A stretch of DNA of 64,000 nucleotides from Ascidiella aspersa (taxonomy: Eukaryota): positions 6,944,001 to 7,008,000 of the forward strand of contig OZ004607.1 in NCBI GenBank assembly GCA_963924565.1, read 5' to 3'. The position numbers and the translations under genes were made by a program. Shown in pieces: positions 1 to 12,359 of this stretch. The first letter of the stretch is position 1. Each line of letters opens with the position of its first letter. Under the pieces are notes generated by a model that saw only the letters and a program-made list of their open reading frames with translations, had not been told where the DNA came from and did no database searches.

Positions 1-3000
1 GTGGATGGTAGCACGTGCGTCCAATCGTTTATTAACGCTTCGACCAAAGTAAACACAACAACTATGATCTGCGCTGGTTACGAATCGGGTGGCAAGGATG
101 CATGTCAGGGTGAGCATACTGGATTATTGATTTTCGACTTTTGATTTCGTTTTACGACAGACGTCAACTAGATCAGTGTTTCTTAATCAGGTGAATGGTT
201 CACCCCAGGATAAATAACATTTTTGCAGGGGTGAATACGGGTAAATGGATGGTAGCTTGCAAAACAACCGAGGTCATTTTGTGCTGTTATATATAGACGA
301 TATAGTTTTATCATATCATGAGACAAGGGGGCAATGACATCTGGAGATAGATGCTGGGGGTGAACAAAACTAAAAAAAATTTAAGAAGCACTGGACTAGA
401 ACAAGACACGGAGTGCTTTGTATAATGTTGTAAAACGAGCCACAATGGCTCAGTAGCCTTTGTCAGTATGAAATTTCTTGCACTTAAATTTAATCAAGGG
501 CGAAAACAACTTTGAATCTTTTTTGCTCGTAGTTTCGTCAAGCATGACTCAGGCTTGAGTCTCTCAACGGAATTTGTTGGATTTGTTGGATTGAGTTTAG
601 GCAAAAGGTTTTATGTCGTTTTGTCTACAGCATTACTATAGAATCTTTCCTCAAAATAGCGAAATATGTAACTTTATGTTTGAGGCTTGCAAATTTGATA
701 ACTTAGAATAAATTTAATATCCATATTTTGGCTTATACTTTGAAATACTTCAGACCTCGTGCCTTTCAAAATGTTCATTTGTTATAGCTAACTTTGTTCC
801 AACTCTCTCACGACCGAAGTGTACAGGTTAAACAGTCGACCAGCCGAGAACTGCCAGGTTTGCCTCAGGTGACGAAGACTTTATTTCGTATAGGCGACTC
901 GGGTGGTCCGCTGGTTTGCCAAAGATGCGAAAACTGTGACTGGTACGTGGCAGGAGTAATCTCGTTTGGCCAGGGCTGCGGCGTCGCCGGATATTACGGA
1001 GTCTACACCAATATTAACTATTTCGAGGACTGGATCAAGGATACGATTGCCAACCTAGCTCCGAAGAAATATGCCACCTGTACAAGAGCAAGTAAGTGTC
1101 AGCGACGTACAGTCGTTGTTGTCACGTCTATACGCTGACGTTATGCGAACCTAGCTTGTACTTACACTTGTTCTTGCAATTCGCAAGAAGTCGACTAATT
1201 TAGGAAAGGCTCAAAAGGCGCTTTATTTCTTTTTTTTAAGGTGCTACAATCAGAGTTTTACGAGTTTTTGGTTGGGTTTCACCTTTAACTCCAAAAAAAT
1301 ATTTCTATAATTTTGAACGAAATAGCACTAGTATAACCATCGTCTCACTTGTTTATTGGCAAATCGTTGCACTACCCTTGACTCTTAAAATTTGTATTAA
1401 GGCAAAGTTTCTCCAAAACAAAATGCACTAGTCAAGTTGTAAACCTGGTGTAGTATAGCTGGTCTTTCATTGCTTATTTTAAGCTCAGTTGGCACGGCAA
1501 ATGTTTTTCGCGTTTCATCCTTTTCACAAGATTAAATGAGTTTAAAAGCGTTTAGGATTCGGAAATTTAACCATACAGTTTTCACAAGTTCAGGTGCACC
1601 GTCGATGGTTACACCGCCCATTATATACATTTGATGGTTACATCGCCAAATATATAGAACTTGTTACATCACCAATATTATACATGTATCGTTTAATTCT
1701 TCTTTTGCTAAAATATAATAACAATTGGAAGAACACAGCAATTTACACCTTTAATCGCCCAAAGGAAGACTTGCCCATCTAAGTGTCCACTTTTCGTTGC
1801 AGGTTGGTCAGACTGGGGCGACTACACAGCCTGTTCAAAGACCTGCAACTCGGGTACCCAGTCGAGAGTTCGTCACTGCCAAGGAGGAATCGTCGGCAGT
1901 GTCGGGTGCATCGGCGCCGATTTGGAAACCCGGGAATGCAACGTCAACTCCTGTGACGCTAGTAAGTGTGACTTTCTATCATAGGGTATAATTGTTAACT
2001 CTGATCATATCCACTATTGTGCCCTATAAACGTTTAAATGTGTAAACTCGAACGATTAATTATGAGCAATAACTCAACGAAAAACAAAAACATATAGGCC
2101 GTAAGCAATTGTTAAATTTCTAAAAATTGTCGCAAATAACAACTTCATTACTAAATGTTTTATGAAGACAATGAAATTCAACCCAAGTTATTTGACTCTA
2201 TGACATTTCTCTACCTGCTTTAACTCGGAGGTGGTAAAGATTCCTGTTATTCAAGGATTTTTCTCATTTCTTATCTTGACATCTTTGATTCGAGGTAAAG
2301 CTACCTTGTTCATTACTCACGCAAACCGGTCATTCACAAATACCAAGTTAGTGTCAAGCAAGTCTTTTCTATCCAAGTCAATCTCCAGTCCAAGTTATTG
2401 CTATAGCAAGTCGATTTTAGTTCAATCATTTAAATCTTAGTTAAATGTTTAGTCTAAATAAATTGATGACCGTATGGCCTGAAGTATGGTTGTTTCTCGA
2501 CTCGTTCCCTTCTGAGCCTGCATAGCTCAGTTGGTAGAGCGACGGTCCCTGCTTGACCGGAGGTCGTGAGTTCGAACCTCACTGCAGGCTAGTTGTTTTT
2601 TCTATTCTGCCCTGCTTGCATCATTGATCGACAGATTCGGTGAGTCTGCAATGGCTTTCGGTATACCTTATGGCCTTTAACATTATTTCACAGAGCCACT
2701 ACAAAAACCAAAAAACTGCAAGCTATATTAAAAAAAAATAAAATCAATTGCACAAATTCGCAACATTTATAATGTGTTAAAACACTTAATTTTAATCCAA
2801 GTCGTTTGTCAGATTGACCCAAGTCAAGTCACATTATTTGTCTTACAGACGTAGGTCAAGTCAATTCGGTTTATCCAAAAGACGTAGGTCAAGTCAAGTC
2901 CTTTAAAAACAAAGACTTAATTACACAGCCATGATAACACTGCAAAGCTTTGTCAGCCTTGACAGCATCCAACAATAACATTTACACGACGTTAAGATGA

Positions 3001-6000
3001 AAGACAACAAAAGAAAGTCAACAATTGGTTAAAGGGTAATTGTTTTAATCCATGTATTTTGCAGCTTGGACTGAGTGGAGCAATTGGACGCAATGCTCGC
3101 AGACCTGCGGTGGAAGCAGTAGAAGTAGGAGCAGGTCGTGCCAGGGAGATGGAACTTGCGATGGCCTATCTTCGGAGAGCGCGGTATGTACTTGAAATCA
3201 CACTTAGCTCTGATTTTTGCTTTCTCATTGCGGTGCATAGTCCTTGATCGAGTGACAAATTAGGCCTAGTGTAAAGTACAAGGGCCTGCACTTGGTGATG
3301 ATAAGTGGATAGCTTTATGCTGTTGTCTCATACAGTTAACATAAAGATCATGCTTGTCTGCAGAAATAAACAACATTGACTTCACTAAAACCAAACGCTG
3401 TTTTGTCAATTGTCCGAAATTGAACGAGGTTCATTTAAAAAATGTATGACAAAGGATCGCAGACTACTTTGAAGTTCCATGCGCAATTTAGTTGTATTAA
3501 GAGATTTAAACAGTTTGGAAAAGTTGCGTCGCTTACTATGACTATATTAAAGCAAACTGGGTACAAAAGAGCAACAAACTAATCGACGGTATTGAAGGTT
3601 GACTTCGACTGGCATTCAATACACCTCAGTACACGCACGGATGTTAAACGTGCGGTTAAGGACCAATATATAGTAAAATTTAAGCGCAATTAAGTGATAC
3701 AGCGTGAAGTGTGCAGCTGACAATAACCACCATGGCGGCGCGAGTTTTTCTCGTGTGAAAATCGAAACCAAACCTCTGCTTTCGTTTGACGCCGTACAGA
3801 GCTGCGGACCGGAACGTTGTCCTTCCTGGACACTGTGGAATGCATGGAGCGCTTGCGCGGTCACCTGCGCTGGAAGCACAAGCAAGCGGTCCAGAACGTG
3901 CAAATACGGCAAGCCTGGCGACATTGGGTGCCACGTCGGCACATTCGAAGAAATCAAGCCTTGTAACACAAGTGAGTTTGGAGAAACTGGTTTGTTGGTA
4001 ATATCGCCCAGCTGCTGACTAAGAATTTCAAGACTGATTTAGACTTGCAAATTGTCACCCGCCTGTGGCGCTAACCAGCCGTATACGTGTTGTTGGTTTT
4101 GTTATGAAAGAGTGCAGACAAGCCTTTAAAATTTGTAGTTTATATCTAAACCGATTTTCTTATTATTAGGCCATACGATAGTGCAGTTTACACTAAAAAG
4201 ATTTTTCAACTCGTGTTTTCAATCGAAACAACAAGAAAGAAGAACCGTTTTTACTGTTTGTCAGTCAATGTAGTGTTAAACACTTTTCGTTGTGCCTCGA
4301 CTATCTTTCGACAATGGATGCATCGCCGATTAAACTAAAACAAATAACTTCTATTTGTGATTTTATACGTTTTCCATGCAAACAGCGTTGTTAACCAACT
4401 CCTTAAGATTCGCCTATACAGTAAAAAATGAGGTGGATCCGTGGTAACCGGCCCTCGTTGATAGCTGTTGGTAGTTGTTTTATGTGTTTTTTCAGTGACT
4501 ACGGCAGCGTTTCTCAACCGGTGCGCCGCAAGTAATAGTAAAAAAACATATCGAAATAAGTAAATTAATCGGAATAAGACTTTAATGGACAAAATAACGT
4601 TTTTAGTCTCAAAGGCTGGAAGTCCCTTTAAAGATATGCAACTATAAAACCCATGTAATAAAAAATGCAGGCAATTCAAGAGAAATATCGGTAAACCTCA
4701 AAAACTTCGCGCTCGCTTCGCTCGTAAGGTGCGCCGCCACGTTTTCATACGTCTCTAGGTGCGCCCCAAGTATAAAAGGTTAAGAAACACTGGACTTACG
4801 GTGACACGATTGTAAGGTTTTATTATTATTTTCAAGGGAGCCGTGTTCAGCCTGGCATCTTGGGGTACCATCTAGGGTTACATAGTACTGTTGTCTACAT
4901 TTTAAGTTTATAGACAATTTTTTTTATTGACCCAGTTTTGTCCGTTGGGGGGAGGGCAACTTGCTCCCCTCTGCAATTTTAAAATGCGATTGAGCTATTA
5001 TTATTGGTTTTACGTTTTAGTATTGTTATCAGTTTTAATAAGTTACTAATGGAATAGTATTCATATGTATATCCATTTCTACCGAAATAAAATCGTATAT
5101 ACGTATTCATATCACAGATACTAAAGTTAAGTTATGTGTATATATTCATATTGCCCCTACCCACTTGTTGTTATTTTGCATCTTGTAATCGTAATCTGTT
5201 CTTCTGCCTCCAGAACCCTGTCCAGTCTGGGGTCCTTGGTCCGATTGGACAAATTGCCCGGAAACATGCGGAAGCCCGGACCAGTTTTCATTGCGGACTT
5301 GCCAGCACGGAAACGTCGGACAGGTCGGCTGCCAGGGCCTGGTCAGTAGGAAGAGGAAGTGTGCCACAATCAGCTGCGTTGAAAGTAAGTCTACCTGCTG
5401 TGTGGTAACTTGCATGTCAGATTTTGTCATATACATAATAGCACTTTCTATAAATCAAGTTCGAATCTCTTATTTTTGGTCTCATCTACAATCGTTCAAA
5501 CAACGTCAGAGTTTCGCCTACTGCAAAAATACAGTTTCCTATTTTTTTATGTTTCATGATATATTAGTAATACTTTTTTTTTTCTGATTGAATGGTTTGA
5601 GGCGTAGGATGCATGGGCCTAAGACTTCCCTAATTGGCAGTTTGCGGTTCAACTGCTAGGCGACTTACCTACAAATATTTTAGAATGTTAATGTTACCAC
5701 TTAAAATAGCTAGAAATGTTGTCATTTGATATCAATTAGCGGTTAAGTTACAATTTTTCCTTAAATGGGTCAAATGTTTGGAAAACATAATTGCGATAAG
5801 GCTCGATCATTTGACAGCTTAAAAACTTAAAATCGGACTTTGGTAACCTGTGCTTTGTGTACTATGCTCGTATGATCGAGTTAACTAAGCTGCATGTCGT
5901 TGTGATTCAGATCAATGGTCAGAATGGAGCGTTTGCACCAAGACTTGCAACAGCGGGACGCGAACTAGGAGTAAAGATGGCGTTACTCAGACTCGGGTAA

Positions 6001-9000
6001 GATGATTTTTTTTTCTTTCGCATTTCTGGCGTGTCGATTTTTTAAGTTTTAAAAAAATAAAGCAAGCGATTTAAAAAATCTAAAGCACCAATCAGTTAAA
6101 TGCTGAAGCCAATCATCAAACTCAATTGCAAATAACTGTGTTTCTTTTAAGACTAAATGCGAAATGCAAGGTTTTATTAAAACTGTTGTGTTTTTTTTAA
6201 TTCGTTCTAAAACTTAAAAAAATATAAAAATTACTTCTAAAACTAAAAAAGTGAAAATGATGTTCCATTTGAAAGTATTGTCAATTTAACCCAAACAACT
6301 CTTAATCAGGGATTTTAAAACTGTGGTCTGTAGATACACACGGGGTCCATGCATAGGCGTAGCCAGGGGGGCCTGAGGGGCCATGGCCCACCCAAAATTT
6401 ACAAATATTTTACTCTTAATAATTTGTTGTGTAGCATTTATAAGCAGTACCACAAAAGTCGATCACAGGCATGCCACACCTTATTGTCATGCATTGTTAC
6501 GTCACAAACGATGTTGTAAATATAACGTTTGCTGTACAATAATGTAGTTTTACTACTTCATTCAGTTTTAGCTCTTTGAGTGGTCTTTGTGTATTACGTT
6601 AACTCTCAGTTAGTTTCTGCTCGAAACGTGTTGCTAGCATTGTTATTTGTGTTCGTTACGGCAGTTAATACAATGAAAAGCTAAACAAAAAATTCCAACT
6701 TTTTGGCCTCCCCCAAATTTTCGGCTGGCTACGCCACTGGGTCAATGGAATACTTTTAAGGGGTCCAAAAATCTTAGTGTGTTATACAAAGTGGAACATT
6801 TTGAAACCACTTTGCCGTGTTCTCCTTGAATGTTAGACTATTCTTTCATATTTGTTTGACAGAATACAGCAGGCTTCTTAGGTCTAGTTCTTTATGACGT
6901 CACATCTGAACAATTTCGTGTCGACCCTGGTCCGCGCGGACCAAATGTATTTTTTTAGGGGTTCGCGTCAAACAAAACTTTAAGAACTCTTGCCCTAAAC
7001 TTTTTTGGTCTGTGGCCAAAATGTCTATTTAATAGCGATTCGTAGCTCACGATGTGCTCTAAATTTGGACATAAACATTTTCTATGAAAATACAAGCCCA
7101 AAACACACAATGAAAAAAAACAGCCCAAAAGACACAATTAAAACAAAGCGCATAATTTCTACAATATAACAAAACAGTAGAATCTGTTCAAATGTCTCTG
7201 TGGCCTATTGAAAATGTCTTGTTTGAGAACCACTGCCCTAAATCAACAAACCAACCGCTCTTGTGCAGAATTGCAGAACCAAAGAGTGTCCGTACTGGGG
7301 CGACTACAGCGACTGGTCCGCTTGCTCGAAAAGTTGCGGGGGCGGCGAACAGAGCAGTAGCAGGAGCTGCATATCGGGAAATGTCGGCCAGGAAGGATGC
7401 CTTGGCAAAACTTCCAGGACTCGCGCATGCAACCTTGGTAGGTTTTCGGTATGATAAAAAATGCTCTCCAATTTATTAAACTGATTGAACGCGGGTTTTT
7501 ATTAATTACATCACTGATTGAGCGGGATGTCGTATCGCTTACGCAACAGTTGCTCATCAAAAATCACAAAACAAAAGCATACAGTACCAAAATACCTTGG
7601 AGAAATAAAAGTTTTTAAGCAGAAAAATCCTCATTAGAGAATCGTTAAAACTAAAATTCATTTGTTTATACGCGTTCTTTAGCTGAAATACCAATACACT
7701 AGGCTTCAAGGAGGCCTTGGGCCATAATACAACGTGTATGACCTTTACGCTTTAAAAGCAAATGTCTGTATGCTGAAAAAGTCGAATTAATTTAAAGACT
7801 TTATTGTAAACGGTTCGATCATTTCGTAGGCTTGTGTCCTGTCTGGCAATCGTGGGGATCATGGTCGAGCTGCTCCAAGACTTGCGGGGAAGGAACGCGC
7901 AGTCAGGAAAGGGGCTGTGATAACGGAAATGTTGGCCAGGATAGTTGCATCGGTCCTGTAAAGAAAACCGAGGACTGCAATTTAGGTGACGGCCTGAACA
8001 TTCTGTTGCCTCGGAGCGTCACCATACCGCAAAGTTTTGTTTAAAGGCCCGTTTACACTACAGCTGCACTGAGCTGTGCTGGGCGTGAAAATCGCTCCAA
8101 AACGTAACGTTTTTCTATAGCTGCACTGGGCTGCGTTTGGCAAAGCGTGAAACGCTCGCCACAATAGAATTTAAATGCAAATTACGCTTTGCTCAGCTCA
8201 GTGCAGCTGTAGTGTAAACGGGCCTTAAATCAGAAAACACAGATTTTACGTCTTGGATTTACCTTGGAATAACTTATGACTTAAACTTGAACATTGTTTA
8301 TTCGAAGTGACTCGACTTAGATTTCGGTCGTTTTCAAATTATTATCAATTTTTTGTATTTTTAAATTGCCTTGGTATTTCTAAATTGCCAAGTATTTTTA
8401 AATTGCCTTGTAAACAACACCGAAAAACAGTTGATGCACCGAACGTCTAAAACGGAAGGCAAGTATGTATTTTACTAAGTAATTACAAAAAGGCGGTTTT
8501 CAGATAGAGCTTGACCCGCCAACACAAGCAGAATAGAGACATAGATTTCACTAAGTTTGTTGAAAACCTTCCGTTGCTTCATTTCTAATGACATATGTGC
8601 GCAATCTTTTGTGCAGGAAAATGCCCGTCGTGGAAAAACTGGAGTGCCTGGGGCAGTTGTTCAGTGACTTGCGATGGCGGTAAGCAAATCTCGACGAGAA
8701 CGTGCCTAGACGGAACTGTGGGACAGAAGGGATGCCAGGGATCGACTTCGCGAGAACAAGTCTGCTCCACCGACGACTGTCCAGGTCAGCCGGCTTGCAT
8801 TTTGTTGTTTGCAGTTATTCTTCGTGTGTTTAAATCCTTGTATCACTGTAACTATAAGAGCGTATATTTTGTTATGACAGGGGGCACTGCATGGTACGTT
8901 CGTCGTTCGTAGTTACATTTCGGTACGCACATTGCTCCGTACAACTCGCAGATTTGCTTAAGTCATTGACAACCTCGACTCTATTGTTTCTTATACTAGA

Positions 9001-12000
9001 AGTTAACCATCTTTAGAATATAGGGGATAATTTTTTCAGAAATGTTTATGAATTTCAATAGAGTGAAAAAGTTGAATGTAGCCTGTAAAGATTATTACGT
9101 GTGTAAGTTTAACAATACAACTAACCGGGGGTATTGGTATGTAAGCAATAAAGACACCGCTAAAATGGATTTATAATATTTTTCTCTGAGCAGTACGATT
9201 GAATGTGAAAAAAGGAAATTGGATTCTTGCTGTGCGGCCACCTCTTAACTAGGAGACGTGTAGTTCATAAGTTGTACAAGGTCGCCCTAGGCCCATATCA
9301 TTTAAACTCAGTATCTCAGCATTTATTCGCGAGCAGAAATCGTAGAAACCTTAATCGCATAAAGAATAACTTTCTCTCTAGCGACAACTATAGCCACTGT
9401 GTTTTTTGATGTGCAAAAGTTTACTCCACTATAACAGATGAAATAAATTAAAATTTAATAAAAATACTAACAGCAATAAGCTAATTCTTGATCTTGAGTT
9501 TCCTTTCTTTGCTTTACTTTTTAGATTTATTAATTTGGCCATTGATTTTACAACATTTTCAAAGGGGGTCACGGTGTAAAATAAAGCTTGAGAACCCCTG
9601 TGCTAAAACGAAACAAATAAAGGCTTAATTGACATCATTTTTTACACTGACTTCTATATCGAACTGTTTGATAGCGAAACGCAGAACACAGCATCAGTCT
9701 CTAACACACCGACGTATATTCCTTGTTCAGTTTTCACTGCGTGGAGCGAATGGTCAGGCTGCAGCGTTACGTGCAGCAGCGGGACTCAAACAAGGACCAG
9801 GTCTTGTCCCCAGCCTGGGCTCTGTCCCGCCGACATCCACATACTTGTAACCTCGCAGCAGCAAGCGTGCAGCGCTGGATTTTGCCCTTGGGACAATTGG
9901 GGTGCCTATGGAGCGTGCTCCGTCACCTGTGGAACGGGAACCCAAACCAGGACAAGGTGAGGTTTGTTTTTGTTGCCTCTGTCGTATTCAGACGGGTGGT
10001 GTTGTTTATTTCGTTGCATCGAAAAAAAAAATATCAAAACCTTTCAGAGCCGTTACACTTAACAGCTGAATAAGCCTTAACAAGTGGTGCATTCACAGGG
10101 GCTTAGCCAGCTGTAGGGTTTATCCAGCTATTGAAATATATAGATATAACACCTACTATGTGAAATAGATATAACACCTACTATAGGGTATGGAGTACCG
10201 AAGACATCGTATAAGAGACAGTACCCTATGCTAACTGGTGGTATCGGCAGTGGTCCAATACTACAGATAAATCGACGCCCAGACCCTGCCAAAAATTTGT
10301 CGGTTTTGGAGGTCGCTTTTCAACGAATGCAGAGTTTTTGACTTTAAAATATCAATTTTTACAGTAGTAAACTAAACTTCCTAACGCAAATCGTATCAGT
10401 AGATTGAAATTGCTTTTCTGGTGTAAATGAAGTTACAAACCGACGTTTCGGCAGCAGGTACCAGCTGACCTGAACTTCGTTAACACCAGAAGAGCGATTT
10501 CTATATCTACTTATAAGTTGCCTCGTGGAACAAATTCTATTGTTTAGTACAGTGCTTTCCAACCGTTTTCATTTCGCAACCCACTTTTAATAGAATTACA
10601 ACCTACATCTTTACTACTGGCGTACCTCTACTGAAATAGTTAATGCGAAACAACACATCTAATTGTTACGTATTTGTGATATTGTTGCATAATTCTTACG
10701 GTAAGGGTAATGCAATAATTGCACGGTCTAATAGAAAACTGTACCATTGAAATATGCTCGGCGACCAACATGAAATAGCTCCGCCACCCACTGGTTGGGA
10801 AGCACTGGTTAAGTATGTCGCTAAATGGTATGCTCGGAACTCGAAAGGTCGTAAATTCTGTCAGCGCACGGTCGTGCTAAACTGGGTTGCAAGCCTCGAT
10901 GACGAGCAAGATGTTAATCCCTGTATTCTTAATCCTACAGAGTTTGCAGCGCTGGGGTAGGAAAGTGCGAGGGCAACAACGAAGAACAGCAAGATTGCAC
11001 GCAAGCTGCCTGTTCGCCCGGCGACTCTTGTGACAGTAAAGTCGACTCCGTTGGCGTTCCATGTGCAACCTACGTCCAAAGTGGTTACTGTACCACCACG
11101 TACCAGGCATACATGCAGACAAATTGCGCCAAAGCCTGCTGCTTGGGTCAAAGTACGTGCCGATATATTTCTACATATCATACGTTAGTCCGCGACATAC
11201 TTTTACATTAAAGAATCAATTAGTGGTTTCTGCTCCTCTTTTGTACGCCTAAGTCAGGGGTGTCCAACACGCGGCACGCGACCTAATAAAAAATAGCACG
11301 CAAACCCATATGTGTGTGTAAATTTTAACATTAAGTAAATTTACATCTTATTTCGATCGGTTTACAATAATCTTATTCCGACACTTTTAGGTATTTTCCC
11401 GCAGTATAGACCTTAATATGGATTATTATGTCATTGGTCGTAATACTGTTGATTTATAGATTTTATTTCTCCTTAGAGTTTAGCTATTGTTGATTTATAG
11501 GTAGTTTAGTGTGTTCCCTTTAAAACGGCGACCGCACGACTATTTATTTGTTCGCACAGCTTTTTTCACAATGTCAGGGATGGGCAATTATTTTTGACCT
11601 GTGCAAGGTAAAAATAGGATCTGAAATTCACGCAATGTGACGTCATACTATGACGCTATAACACCACTAAGCTAAATAACCTTATTACTTTGGAAGTTGT
11701 GCGCAAATGTACAACCGAAGTCGATTTGAAGAGGACAGGGCATCAGCGCGAAGCGCAAAAAAAATCGCACGGCGATTTCATTTAAAAAGTAAACCTTAAT
11801 TTAGATTTAGAGTGAGACGCGACGCATTTAGCACAGCTTATGTAGATTCGGAAATATGTACATTCCTTGATATGTTGGAATTAATTACGTGGCTAAGCGT
11901 TAAACAGCTTAAGGTTAAAATACGTGAAACAATCGTTGCGAGAAGCAACATATTGCCACTTTTTGCGTTTGCTCAGTTTAATATTCGTTAACTTTTTGAT

Positions 12001-12304
12001 TGACTAACATAATTCATTTGGTTAACCGATGTATCCATAGAAGGTTTAACCAATATCTAAGTTTACATAAAGGGAAAAAAATGGTTTGGCATCCCCTGTC
12101 TTTCATTCTAATTAAACTTACAAACAATTGAAGTTGTATAGCACAACGTTTGACAATTAACCGTCACTCCTGTGTTTTTATTTTGCAGCACAACCGCAAT
12201 GCACGGACTTTTGGCCGACAACCTACTGTGCATCTCCCTTTCTATGTGGCAACCCGAACCTGAAACAGTTTTGCAAAAAAACTTGTTCTTTATGTACTGA
12301 ATAA
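1..12304 (+). CDS. Modular trypsin-like serine protease (S1A) with 10 TSP1 repeats and 2 C-terminal ShK domains; 5'-partial (gene A, predicted active)
   Basis: Manually spliced GT-AG exons: 1-109, 894-1091, 1803-1961, 3065-3183, 3800-3971, 5214-5384, 5911-5996, 7269-7437, 7830-7985, 8617-8784, 9731-9956, 10941-11152, 12189-12304 (TAA). Total 2061 nt with all phases consistent. Motifs: MICAGYESGGKDACQ/GDSGGP (Asp189, Ser195), WxxWxxCSxTC TSP1 repeats, ShK ends CAKACC and CKKTCSLC. The His57 and Asp102 exons lie upstream of the window. Confidence 0.92.
174..393. mobile_element. hAT-type MITE
   Basis: TIR CAGTGTTTCTTAA / TTAAGAAGCACTG; imperfect TSD AACTAGAT/GACTAGAA. Confidence 0.65.
2463..2668 (+). 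mobile_element. tRNA-derived repeat (SINE-like head, short imperfect terminal inverted repeats), copy 1
   Basis: tRNA-like cloverleaf at 2516-2590 (GCCTGCA/TGCAGGC stem, A box TAGCTCAGTTGG, B box GTTCGAACC) plus an ~75-nt tail shared with the copy at 20351-20499. Confidence 0.75.
4505..4792. mobile_element. hAT-type MITE
   Basis: CAGCGTTTCTCAACC ... GGTTAAGAAACACTG; related to 55064-55295. Confidence 0.62.
6307..6992. mobile_element. hAT-type MITE (GGGGTCCATG family) with a nested MITE at 6352-6739
   Basis: Same family as 26270-26609 and 53949-54295. The nested element has TIRs GGCGTAGCCAG / CTGGCTACGCC and splits the host GGGGTCCATG motif. Confidence 0.6.
8045..8225. mobile_element. PIF/Harbinger-type MITE
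   Basis: Perfect 32-bp TIR AGGCCCGTTTACACTACAGCTGCACTGAGCTG; TAA on both flanks. Confidence 0.82.
10550..10807. mobile_element. hAT-type MITE
   Basis: CAGTGCTTTCCAACC / GGTTGGGAAGCACTG; TSD GTTTAGTA/GTTAAGTA. Confidence 0.72.
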
Positions 12305-12353
12305 TATCTGAGGGTAAGAGAATTGGAAGTTTAACGCACGTCCAGCTCGAATT

Positions 12354-12359
12354 AATAAA
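12354..12359 (+). terminator. Polyadenylation signal (AATAAA) of gene A
   Basis: AATAAA 50 nt after the stop codon at 12304. Confidence 0.55.

Noticed and set aside
2516-2590. Functional tRNA-Ala(TGC)
   Set aside because: The anticodon arm is non-canonical (no U33, pyrimidine at 37, 2 extra nt), and the downstream tail is shared with a second dispersed copy, so it is treated as a repeat.
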